Below, piece by piece: positions 6,733-15,333 of a stretch of DNA of 64,000 nucleotides. Made by a program: the position numbers and the translations under genes. The first letter of the stretch is position 1. Every line of letters begins with the position of its first letter. Where the stretch lies: assembly GCA_023426435.1 (NCBI GenBank), contig JAFAAS010000018.1, positions 3,490 through 67,489 of the forward strand. The letters run 5' to 3'. The notes under the pieces were generated by a model. It ran no database searches. It worked only from the letters and a program-made list of their open reading frames with translations, and was not told the DNA's origin. This DNA comes from Verrucomicrobiota bacterium. GTDB taxonomy: Bacteria; Verrucomicrobiota; Verrucomicrobiia; Opitutales; Opitutaceae.

Positions 6733-8175
6733 ATGTTACCCCGCCCGCCCCGCTCGCTCATCGGGTCCGCGTCGAAAACTTGCACGCTGCTCAGCTTCGC
6801 CGTTCTCGCCGCCGCCGCGCCGTTGCTCGTTGCCACCCCGGTCGGACCCGGCGTGCTGCGCGTTCATCCCGAAAACCCGCGTTGGGTGACCAACGACACG
6901 GGCCGCGCAATCTTCCTCACCGGCTCCCACACGTGGGCAACCGTGCAGGAGCGCCAGCTTCCTGAAACACCCAACTTCAACTTCGACGAGTGGCTCGATT
7001 TCACCACCGGCCACGGGCACAACTTCCTGCGCGTTTGGGTCTGGGAACACGCGTCGTGGATGCAGTTCACCGAGCGCATGGTCCGCTACTCGCCGACTAT
7101 CTACGAACGCACCGGTCCGGGCAACGCACTCGACGGCGAACCGAAGTTCGACCTCACGCGTTTCAACGACGCCTACTTCAGCCGCCTCCGCGAACGCGTG
7201 CTCCGCGCCAACAAGCGCGGCCTCTACGTCGCCGTCATGTTCTTCCAGGGCTTCAGCCTCGACAAAACCGGCGGAAAACCCGGCCTGCAGAAAGCCTACA
7301 ACGGCCACCCATATCACCGCGCCAACAACATCAACGGCATCGACGGCGATCCCAACGGCAGCGGCACCGGCCTGCAGGTTCACACGCTCGACAACCCCGC
7401 CGTCCTGAAAGTCCAGGAAGCCTACGTCCGGAAGATGATCGATACGCTCAACGACATCGACGGCCTCGTCTGGGAAATCGGCAACGAGCTCCACGAAAAC
7501 GCCGTCGATTTCCAATACTACTGGATCGACTTCATCAAAGCCTACGAACGCACCAAACCGAAACAACACCTCGTCGGACTCACCGGCGCGCACGTCACCA
7601 ACGAAAAGCTCTTCGCGAGCAACGCCGACTGGATCGCGCCCGAAAAACAGGACGGCTACCACCACGACATCCCCGACGCCGCAGGCCGCAAAGTCATCAT
7701 CATCGATACCGATCACATCGAGTGGCTGAAATCCCGCGAAGATCCGACCCTCCCCTGGCGCGCGCTGATGCGCGGGACGAGTTTCATCTACATGGACACC
7801 TACAAGGACGCCCGCTTCGGCTCGCCTCCCGAGCCCAATGCCGAGGAAGCCGAAATCCGCCGCCAAATGGGCTTCGCCGCGCGCTTCTCGCGTCAGATCG
7901 ATCTCGCGCGTTGCATCCCGCACCGCGAACTCACCTCGAGCGAACACTGCCTCGCGCATCCAGGCCATGAATACGCCGCCTTCGTGCGCGCCGGGGAAAA
8001 ACTCCAGCTCGACCTCAGCGCCGCCGTCGGCGCCAAGTTCCGCGTCACGTGGTTCGATGGCCAGACCGGAGAATCGCACCCCGCCGAAAACGTCACCGCC
8101 CGCGCCGACCTCATCCTCGAAAACCCCTTCCCCTCCCACGCCGCCGTCCACCTCCAGCGCATCGAGAAAAGGTAG
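6733..8175 (+). CDS. Secreted clan GH-A (GH5-like / DUF4038-like) glycoside hydrolase with a C-terminal collagenase-type beta-sandwich
   Basis: Has a signal peptide, NFLRVWVW, and LVWEIGNELHE (the NE acid/base motif of (beta/alpha)8 hydrolases). The C-terminal FRVTWFDGQTGES resembles the WFDPRTGE motif of the GH140-type gene at 43179. Confidence 0.65.
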   Translation: MLPRPPRSLIGSASKTCTLLSFAVLAAAAPLLVATPVGPGVLRVHPENPRWVTNDTGRAIFLTGSHTWATVQERQLPETPNFNFDEWLDFTTGHGHNFLRVWVWEHASWMQFTERMVRYSPTIYERTGPGNALDGEPKFDLTRFNDAYFSRLRERVLRANKRGLYVAVMFFQGFSLDKTGGKPGLQKAYNGHPYHRANNINGIDGDPNGSGTGLQVHTLDNPAVLKVQEAYVRKMIDTLNDIDGLVWEIGNELHENAVDFQYYWIDFIKAYERTKPKQHLVGLTGAHVTNEKLFASNADWIAPEKQDGYHHDIPDAAGRKVIIIDTDHIEWLKSREDPTLPWRALMRGTSFIYMDTYKDARFGSPPEPNAEEAEIRRQMGFAARFSRQIDLARCIPHRELTSSEHCLAHPGHEYAAFVRAGEKLQLDLSAAVGAKFRVTWFDGQTGESHPAENVTARADLILENPFPSHAAVHLQRIEKR

Positions 8176-8204
8176 GGCGAGGTGTCCCCACCGAGCCGCC
8201 CCCC

Positions 8205-10067
8205 TTACCACCCTCGCGGCTCCAAAATCTCCTTCTTCAAACTCGGCACATACCCGCCATAGCGCGGATGCGGCACACCGGCCGTTTCATCGATCGCCTT
8301 CACGCGCTCCTTCAAACTCGCCGCCTTCTCCTCGAGTTGATCGATCGCCTCCAACGCGCTCATCGCCACGAAAACTCCAACCTCGCTCGGATCCGCGTGC
8401 GCGCCCAACACCGCCAGCGCCGCCCCGCTCGAACTCTCGCCATACCGTGCCAGCGCCCGCGCCGCCGCCACGCGCACGAACGGCGACTCGTCCTTCAACG
8501 CCTCCTTCAACTCCTCTTCTGCGCTCCGCACCGCCGCTTCACCGCGCATCGAAAATCCCGATACCGCCCACGTCCGCACCGCGCTGTCGCCGTCGCGCAG
8601 CAGCTTTCGCAACGTCTCGACGTCCCCCAGACTCAATCCCGCCGCCAAATCCGCCGCCGCGAGGACGCGCCGCAACGGATACACCTCGCCATTCCTCGCC
8701 AGGTCGTAGGGCGATCCGCCCCGCGACCGCGCCACCATCTCGCCTTCTGGCAACAGGCAAACATCCCGCACGTCTCCTAAATGCTGATACAACGCCGCGC
8801 GCAACCGCGCCTTGATCGCCCGATGCTCCGCCGACTCCGCGAGATTCCGCACCTCGTCCGGATCCGCGGATAAATCATACAACTCCTCCGCCGCCCGCGG
8901 CGTCCGCCAGAACGCCGACTGCGCCTCGTTCGTCTTCCCCGACTCGAATTGTTCCCGCCACACGCGCGTCGTCGGCGTTTCGAATTGATACGCGATAAAC
9001 GGCCCCTGCGGCGTATCCAGCCGAAAATTACGCAGATAAACATACCGCCCGTCCGTCACGCTGCGCACCTCGTCCGCGCGCTCATCCATCCGCCCGCGCG
9101 CCCCAAACAAATACTCCACCGGCTCCCCCGCGAACTCTCCCGCAAACGCCCGCCCTTGCATCCATTCCGGCGCACGCATCCCCGCGAGGCTCAGCATGGT
9201 CGGCGCCAAATCCACAAAGCTCACCATCCGATCCGACCGGGCCCCCGGCTGATATTCCTCCGGCGCGAGATGCCGCCACTTCGGCGGAAAATAAACCACC
9301 AGCGGCACGTGCAACCCCGAGTTGCCCGGCCACCGCTTGCTCCGCGGCATCCCGCTCCCGTGATCCCCAAAATAAAACACGATCGTCTCCTCCGCCAGCC
9401 CCGCCTCCTCCAACTCCCGCAGCCGCGCGCCTGCGTCCGCATCCGCTTCGCTCACCTGGTCGTAATACTGCGCCCAATCCCGCCGCACTTCCGGCAAATC
9501 CGGATGATACGCCGGCACCCGCACTTTCGCCGGATCCGTCACAAGCCCATGCGGCCGGACCCGAATCTGCGACTCGTGACTCTTCATCGAATTGAACACC
9601 GCGAAGAACGGCTGCCCCGGGCCGCGCTTCCGCCAGTGCGCTTCCTTCGACGACTCGTCCCACGTCCGCTCCGTCTTCGGCAGATTGTAATCTTCCTTCT
9701 CGTTGTTCGTGCAGTAATACCCCGCCTCCCGCAGCAACTCCGGAAACATTTTCGCTCCCGCCGGCATCGGCACCATCGAGCGCATGTGCATCGCTCCCGT
9801 GCTATGCGCATACATCCCCGTGATCAGCGCAGTCCGCGCCGGCGCACACACTGGATGCACCGCCCAAACCTTCGTGAAAATCATCCCTCTCTTCGCCAGC
9901 GCATCGACATGCGGCGTCCGCGCCAGCTCATCCCCATAACACCCCATCTCCGGCCCATGATCCTCACTCGTCAGCCAAACCACATTCGGCCGCTCCGCCG
10001 CCACGCCCCACCCCGCCACCCCCAAGAAGCCCAACAAAAATCTAAGCATAAATATGTAATCCGTCAT
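8205..10067 (-). CDS. Cys-type sulfatase fused to C-terminal HEAT repeats
   Basis: Contains VVWLTSEDHGPEMGCYGD and PVCAPARTALITGMY (C-x-P-x-R formylglycine motif). The C-terminal 170 aa reads LLRDGDSAVRTWAV...LKDESPFVRVAAARALARYG, which is HEAT-like. The ATG at 10067 gives a signal peptide (MTDYIFMLRFLLGFLGVAGWGVAA). An alternative GTG at 10121 overlaps the upstream stop. Confidence 0.85.
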   Translation of the reverse strand: MTDYIFMLRFLLGFLGVAGWGVAAERPNVVWLTSEDHGPEMGCYGDELARTPHVDALAKRGMIFTKVWAVHPVCAPARTALITGMYAHSTGAMHMRSMVPMPAGAKMFPELLREAGYYCTNNEKEDYNLPKTERTWDESSKEAHWRKRGPGQPFFAVFNSMKSHESQIRVRPHGLVTDPAKVRVPAYHPDLPEVRRDWAQYYDQVSEADADAGARLRELEEAGLAEETIVFYFGDHGSGMPRSKRWPGNSGLHVPLVVYFPPKWRHLAPEEYQPGARSDRMVSFVDLAPTMLSLAGMRAPEWMQGRAFAGEFAGEPVEYLFGARGRMDERADEVRSVTDGRYVYLRNFRLDTPQGPFIAYQFETPTTRVWREQFESGKTNEAQSAFWRTPRAAEELYDLSADPDEVRNLAESAEHRAIKARLRAALYQHLGDVRDVCLLPEGEMVARSRGGSPYDLARNGEVYPLRRVLAAADLAAGLSLGDVETLRKLLRDGDSAVRTWAVSGFSMRGEAAVRSAEEELKEALKDESPFVRVAAARALARYGESSSGAALAVLGAHADPSEVGVFVAMSALEAIDQLEEKAASLKERVKAIDETAGVPHPRYGGYVPSLKKEILEPRGW

Positions 10068-10117
10068 TCGCGCCCCTTCGCGTCCCTTCGTGGTTAAAAG
10101 TCCCGGCTCGTTCGTCC

Positions 10118-11659
10118 TCACCGCGCATCCCGATTCACCGGCTCCTCCACCACCAACGCCGCCGGAAAATCCGCCGCCTCCGCCCCTCCGCGCGTCCTCA
10201 ACCGTTTATTGCTCAACCCGCCCATCGGCGCATTCAACGGAATCTCCATCCCGCCCAATTCATCCATCATCGCGTAAAGCCGTTTCTCCATGTCTACCGC
10301 CACGCTCCGATACTCCGCTTCATAAAGCAGATTTCTCTGCTCCCCCGGATCGTTCTGCAAATCATACAACTCATCCGCGTCCCACAGCCCGTAATAGGTG
10401 ATGTATTTATAACGCTCGCCGCGCAGCGCGAACACCGTCGGCGACTGCGGAAAATTCTTCTCCCAGTAATACACATACAGAAACTCCTTCCGCCACGGCA
10501 CCTCGCGCCCTTGCGCCAGCGGCAGAAAACTCCGCCCGTCCATGTGCGGCGGCGGCGCCAGCCCGCACGCTTCCAAAATCGTCGGCGCCACATCGATGTT
10601 CGCCACAACTTCCTCCACCACCTTCCCGCCTTCGAACAACGCCGGACACTGCATCACCATCGGCACGCGAATCGAGGTCTCATACGCCACGCGTTTGTCG
10701 ATCAACCCGTGCTCGCCAAACATGAATCCATTGTCGCCCATGTAGATCACCAGCGTGTCCTCATACACGCCCATCTTCTTCAACTGCTCCATTACGCGTC
10801 CGATGCTTTCATCCACCGCACTCAGCGTCTCGCAGTAGCGTTTGTAGTAACGCTCGATGTCCAACTCGCTGTGATACGGAAAATCCACCCCGTGCCAGCT
10901 GTTCCGCTGATCCACCACCCAACGCGGCCGATTCGTTTCCGGCAACGGCACCGCCTCCGACTCCGGCCTCTCAAACGGCACCTCCTGCAACGCCCCTTCA
11001 TGCCGCTCCGCCGGCGTGAAGTTCGCGTGCACCGCCTTGTGCGACAGATACAGGAAGAACGGCTTCTCGCCCGACCGCTGCTTCTCCAGCCAGTCGATCG
11101 CATAATCCGTCAACTCGTCCGTGATATAGCCTTTCTGCCGCACACGCTCGCCATCGACGTTCAACGTGTAATCCGGCCGCGGTGGCAAATACTCGCCTTG
11201 CCCGCGAAAACTCACCCAGTGATCGAACCCCGGACGCGGCTCATCCGAGTCCCCGCCCATGTGCCACTTCCCCACGAACGCCGTCGCATAACCCGCCTTC
11301 TGCAAATACTGCGGAAAGTAAACCGTCCCCGGCGGAATCGCACGGTTGTTGTCGATCACGCGATGCCGAAACGTGTAGAGCCCCGTCAAAATCGACGCCC
11401 GGCTCGGCGAACACAGCGAGGTCGTCACGAGCGCGTTTTTCAAATGCACGCCGTTCCGCGCCATCGCGTCCATCTGCGGAGTCCGCGCGAAGGGATGCCC
11501 CATGAAGCTCATCGCATCGTAACGATGATCGTCGCTCAGAATAAAAACGACATTCCTCGGTTTCGCCCCCGGTATCCGCTCCGGCACGACATCACGCGGG
11601 ACCGGGATCACCCCAAAAGCACTCGTTGCCGCCAGAACCAATAAAAACAGGAAACGCAT
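10118..11659 (-). CDS. Cys-type sulfatase (arylsulfatase / N-acetylglucosamine-6-sulfatase-like)
   Basis: Has the signal peptide MRFLFLLVLAATSAFG, then NVVFILSDDHRYD and SLCSPSRASILTGLY (C-x-P-x-R). Confidence 0.9.
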   Translation of the reverse strand: MRFLFLLVLAATSAFGVIPVPRDVVPERIPGAKPRNVVFILSDDHRYDAMSFMGHPFARTPQMDAMARNGVHLKNALVTTSLCSPSRASILTGLYTFRHRVIDNNRAIPPGTVYFPQYLQKAGYATAFVGKWHMGGDSDEPRPGFDHWVSFRGQGEYLPPRPDYTLNVDGERVRQKGYITDELTDYAIDWLEKQRSGEKPFFLYLSHKAVHANFTPAERHEGALQEVPFERPESEAVPLPETNRPRWVVDQRNSWHGVDFPYHSELDIERYYKRYCETLSAVDESIGRVMEQLKKMGVYEDTLVIYMGDNGFMFGEHGLIDKRVAYETSIRVPMVMQCPALFEGGKVVEEVVANIDVAPTILEACGLAPPPHMDGRSFLPLAQGREVPWRKEFLYVYYWEKNFPQSPTVFALRGERYKYITYYGLWDADELYDLQNDPGEQRNLLYEAEYRSVAVDMEKRLYAMMDELGGMEIPLNAPMGGLSNKRLRTRGGAEAADFPAALVVEEPVNRDAR

Positions 11660-11826
11660 CGTCGATCAGGGGTTCGCCGCGAACCAATCCAACCTCAACC
11701 GAACTTCAATCGAAACCCCGGATTCGTTCATCAGGTTGAAGCACGCCGCAGGTGGAGCCCGACGTCCCGTCGGGCTGATAACGTCACGTATCCAGTCCAG
11801 CCCCACGAGGACCTCGGGCTCCACCC

Positions 11827-13683
11827 TCACACCACCCCCGGCAAGAACCGCCACCGCACCTTCGCACAATACGCGCGATACTCCGGATCGAGCCCGAGAT
11901 GCCGTTCCTCCGTCCACGCGCGCAAAAAGTATATCAGCGCCAGCCCCAATAATCCCATCGCCCCGTGCTCCGCGAAAAACACCGCACCGACGACCCACCC
12001 CAAAATCTTCACCGTATAAGCTGGGTGCCGGCAAAACCGATACGGCCCAGACGTCACAATCCCGCGATTCGTCAGATTCGACGCCTTGAACCCCAACGCC
12101 ACCGACGCCCAAGCGAAAATCACCCAGCTCGCCGTGATCAACGCCTGTCCGATCGTCGCCCAAATCTCATGCTGCAGCCATCCGACCCGCAGCGACACAT
12201 TCCACGCATTCGCCGTGAACGGCTGAAACGAAACCGCATTGAACGGCGGATAACACCAGAGGCACACCATCCATCCGAGAAACGTCGGCTCCACCGACCG
12301 AATCCGATTCCGCAAAAACACCGCCTCAACCGTGTAGCCCACGCAAAAGACCGCCGTATCCACGAAAATGCACGCTTCGCGCAGGTAGCGGTTGATCAAC
12401 GGCCAGCTCCAATCGAGCGACCGCGTGAGGTTCGCCATGTGCTGCGAATTCTGAATCACCCACGCACACAGCAGCGGAATGAAAAATACCTTCACGCAAC
12501 ACGTGAGAAACCCCAGCTTCGCCGGCCCGCGCCACTCCCGCACCGCCGCGAACCGCAGCGCACGCTCCATCCGCAGCGGCAGTGAAAACACATACGCCGC
12601 AAACGCCGCATACTTGTCGTCCCGCCACGATGTCTCGCGGTCACAGAACCACGAATACACCGGCGACACCACGATCACCGCGACGCAGTAGAGATCCGCA
12701 ATCCCCAGCGGCAGCCACCCCTGCGGGGTGAAAAACCGCCGATACTCCGGCCCCAGCGTGAACGCTTTCGCGATATCAAAAAATCGGCCCACCCACGGCA
12801 ACTGCTGCAACACTCCACAAATCACCGGAAGTTCACGCAGCACCGCGTAACCGAGAAACAGCAGCCAGACACGCGCGATGAACTTTGCGACAAGACTCCC
12901 CACCGCGCCTCTCGGCTGCACGATCGCCAGCCACCCCAACGCCGCCAGTCCGCCCGCGGCCACCAGCCCCAGCAGGACCGGCTGCGGAATCGCTCCGCGC
13001 GCATAGTGAGCCGAACGAAAATCCATCCGCAGGCTGCCTTGCACGAGTTCCAACGAGCGCCCGCCGCCCGCGTCATCCTGCCGGTAAGCAAAAATCGGAT
13101 ACGTGTTGGTGAAATCCGTGTTCCGCCCCCGCACCCGCCACGAACGCACCGTCATCGCGGTTTCGTCCGCCAAGACTTCCACTTCCTCCGGCAACACCAG
13201 CGTCCAGCTTTCCGGCTCCGCCGCTTCGAGCGTGATCGTTCCTTCCTTCTGCAGGAACGGCGCTTTGACCTCCGCCGCCGACGATATCCGCCGCGGCGCA
13301 CCGGCATGAAACTCGCCGACATGCACGAGCGAGTAGCGTTGCCCGCCGTTGAAATACGCCACGCGCGCGATCAGCGGATAACTTCCCGGCATGGTCGGCC
13401 ACGCCACCTGAAACGGAAACCGCCGCGCCGCACCTGCGGCGATCGTGGCACCCTGCGCCGCCCGATACGACCGCGACTCCAGTTCGACCGACACCTCCGC
13501 CACGCGCAGCGGCGCCGACGCCGCGTTGCGCAGTGTGACCACTACATCGGTTCCGCGCGCATCGAGCGAAAGCTCGATGGAAACATCCGCCCCGCGCACG
13601 GCAGCAGCGCACGCGAACAGAAGAAGCGCCAACCAGGCACAGCGGATCGACACACGGGGCATACTCGCGAGCACGCTACTCAT
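11827..13683 (-). CDS. Signal peptide plus extracytoplasmic beta-rich domain plus polytopic membrane domain ending in an ICMT/PEMT-type methyltransferase module
   Basis: The C-terminus is GIVTSGPYRFCRHPAYTVKILGWVV...LRAWTEERHLGLDPEYRAYCAKVRWRFLPG. This matches the tGpYr.vRHPmY ... EE..L...fG.eY..Y signature of isoprenylcysteine carboxyl methyltransferase-family proteins. About 9 hydrophobic helices precede it. The N-terminal roughly 230 aa is soluble and beta-strand-like and follows a signal peptide. Confidence 0.7.
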   Translation of the reverse strand: MSSVLASMPRVSIRCAWLALLLFACAAAVRGADVSIELSLDARGTDVVVTLRNAASAPLRVAEVSVELESRSYRAAQGATIAAGAARRFPFQVAWPTMPGSYPLIARVAYFNGGQRYSLVHVGEFHAGAPRRISSAAEVKAPFLQKEGTITLEAAEPESWTLVLPEEVEVLADETAMTVRSWRVRGRNTDFTNTYPIFAYRQDDAGGGRSLELVQGSLRMDFRSAHYARGAIPQPVLLGLVAAGGLAALGWLAIVQPRGAVGSLVAKFIARVWLLFLGYAVLRELPVICGVLQQLPWVGRFFDIAKAFTLGPEYRRFFTPQGWLPLGIADLYCVAVIVVSPVYSWFCDRETSWRDDKYAAFAAYVFSLPLRMERALRFAAVREWRGPAKLGFLTCCVKVFFIPLLCAWVIQNSQHMANLTRSLDWSWPLINRYLREACIFVDTAVFCVGYTVEAVFLRNRIRSVEPTFLGWMVCLWCYPPFNAVSFQPFTANAWNVSLRVGWLQHEIWATIGQALITASWVIFAWASVALGFKASNLTNRGIVTSGPYRFCRHPAYTVKILGWVVGAVFFAEHGAMGLLGLALIYFLRAWTEERHLGLDPEYRAYCAKVRWRFLPGVV

Positions 13684-13813
13684 CCGGCCTCGTCGGTCAG
13701 TTTCGTTCGTCTAGATGAACAAATGAGCGGCCGAGCACGCGAACCCGCCGCGCCACCTTGTTCTCCAGTCGGGCGCGTCTCTGCCCCGCCCCCGCCGCTA
13801 AACCCCTTCCCTC

Positions 13814-15121
13814 GTGCCTCCGCTCTACCGCCTCCGCTCCGTTCCCGTTTCAACGCTCATCGCGTGGGCCTTGATCACCCTCGGCTGCACCCTGCGTCTC
13901 GCGAATCCCTTCCTTCCGGGCCACAACCCGCTCGACCAACTCTGGAGCGATCCCGCCCGCCATTGGAACAACGCCACCGACCTCCTCGGACGCACACCCC
14001 TGCACGCGATCAACCAAATCGGCTACCAGGTGTGGCTCGCGATGATCGCGAAATTCACACTCAACATCCCGCCGCTCGTCGCCGCTTATGCCGGCCTGCT
14101 CAGCGTGGCGAACACGTGGATCTGGTATCGCTTCTTCCGCGAGTTCTTCCGGCTGAAACTCACTGCGCTGATCGCGTGGATCGTTCTGCTCTACTGGCCT
14201 TCGTGGTTCGGCGCGTTTCGACTCTTCATGTCCGAAACGCTCTTCATCCCGCTCATCGGCCTGAGCCTCTGGATGACCTGGCGCTGCAAACGCAAAGCCA
14301 CCGTCGGCTCCTTCATTGCCATGGGACTGTGCTGGACCCTCGCCGGTCTCACCCGCGGCGTCGCGATTCCCATCGCCGCCGTGGTGACCCTTTACCTCTG
14401 GATCCTCCAGCCGCAAAAATTCACAAGGGCGCTCGGGCTCGGTCTTCCACTGTGCGCGATCCTGCTCGCATGCGCGTATCGCACTCACGCGCTGACCGGC
14501 ATCTTCCATCCGCTCTCCTCCGGTCACTACGATTATTCCTACGCCGTTTCCGGCAAAAAGACGGTGCATCTGAATTTCCACGACAACGGCACGACTCGCT
14601 ACACGTATTGGTTCGGCAGTCCGTCGATGAACGAGCAGCCCTTTCGGCCGTTCTCCGATTGGACAACCCAACGAGACGGCGCGCTCAACTTCTCCATCGA
14701 TCTCAACCATCAACGCGAATCCTGGAAGCAAGCATTCGCCGCCGTCGCTGCGACCAATCCGTCCTGGTGGCGCTGGCTGCCCGAAAATCTGATCTTCCTC
14801 TTCTTCGGCAGTTCGTGGCCGGACAACAATCCCGCGTTCTTCGTCGATCGTCTCAACATCCAGCTTCGCTGGTTTTTCGCCCCGCTGTTCGTCGCCACGT
14901 TCGCGATCCTCTGGACTTGCCGAAACAAACGCCGCCACGACTCCGCGTTGCTCGCGCTCGTCCTGCTCACCTGGTTCGTCGTGCAGGGCCTCACGCCCAT
15001 CGTCCTCAACGAAGGCCGCTATCGAAAACCCGTCGAAGCCCTCGTGCTCTGCGTCCCCCTTCTGCTCTGGGAGCGAAAGCGAGCCGTGCGCGCCGAAGTC
15101 CAGTCGGCGAATGCAGCGTAA
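13814..15121 (+). CDS. Polytopic membrane protein, GT-C (ArnT/PMT-like) glycosyltransferase candidate
   Basis: Starts with GTG. Has at least 10 hydrophobic helices and a layout like GT39/GT83-type lipid-linked sugar transferases. No catalytic motif could be confirmed by eye. Confidence 0.45.
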   Translation: MPPLYRLRSVPVSTLIAWALITLGCTLRLANPFLPGHNPLDQLWSDPARHWNNATDLLGRTPLHAINQIGYQVWLAMIAKFTLNIPPLVAAYAGLLSVANTWIWYRFFREFFRLKLTALIAWIVLLYWPSWFGAFRLFMSETLFIPLIGLSLWMTWRCKRKATVGSFIAMGLCWTLAGLTRGVAIPIAAVVTLYLWILQPQKFTRALGLGLPLCAILLACAYRTHALTGIFHPLSSGHYDYSYAVSGKKTVHLNFHDNGTTRYTYWFGSPSMNEQPFRPFSDWTTQRDGALNFSIDLNHQRESWKQAFAAVAATNPSWWRWLPENLIFLFFGSSWPDNNPAFFVDRLNIQLRWFFAPLFVATFAILWTCRNKRRHDSALLALVLLTWFVVQGLTPIVLNEGRYRKPVEALVLCVPLLLWERKRAVRAEVQSANAA

Positions 15122-15178
15122 ACTCGAAAGGTCCGGGGAGCTCAGAGCGGTTCGTAAATCCCCCGTCCATACTGTTCG

Positions 15179-15254
15179 CCGCAAAGAGGCGCAAAAGGCG
15201 CAAGGACCCATGCCTCGTCGATTCATCTTTGCGCCTTCTATGCCTCTTTGCGGC
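15179..15254. repeat. Imperfect 29-nt inverted repeat (REP-like element) between convergent genes
   Basis: The left arm is GCCGCAAAGAGGCGCAAAAGGCGCAAGGA (15179-15207). The reverse complement of 15226-15254 is GCCGCAAAGAGGCATAGAAGGCGCAAAGA, giving 25/29 matches with an 18-nt spacer. Confidence 0.75.
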
Positions 15255-15333
15255 TATAGGCGGCATTCTCGCTGATGCGCGGCCCGCTGTTGAGCGGGCC
15301 GACCCTGATCTGAATCAGGAAACTATCCGGGCG

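Noticed and set aside
6736-8211. A 491-aa minus-strand ORF covering the same DNA as the GH5-like gene
   Set aside because: It has Gly/Val/Asp/Glu/Ala-rich antisense-type composition and no motifs. The plus-strand frame has a signal peptide, NFLRVWVW and WEIGNE.
7838-8815. A 325-aa Pro/Ser/Thr/Ala-rich plus-strand ORF spanning the GH5-like / sulfatase junction
   Set aside because: It is low-complexity, crosses a convergent gene boundary and is antisense to the HEAT-repeat region of the sulfatase. It is a GC-driven artefact.
10068-10121. A GTG start at 10121 for the sulfatase-HEAT gene, giving a GTGA overlap with the upstream sulfatase
   Set aside because: It is kept only as an alternative. 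It adds 18 polar residues (MRTNEPGLLTTKGREGAR) in front of an otherwise normal signal peptide. The ATG at 10067 is preceded by GAAGGGG, which is Shine-Dalgarno-like.
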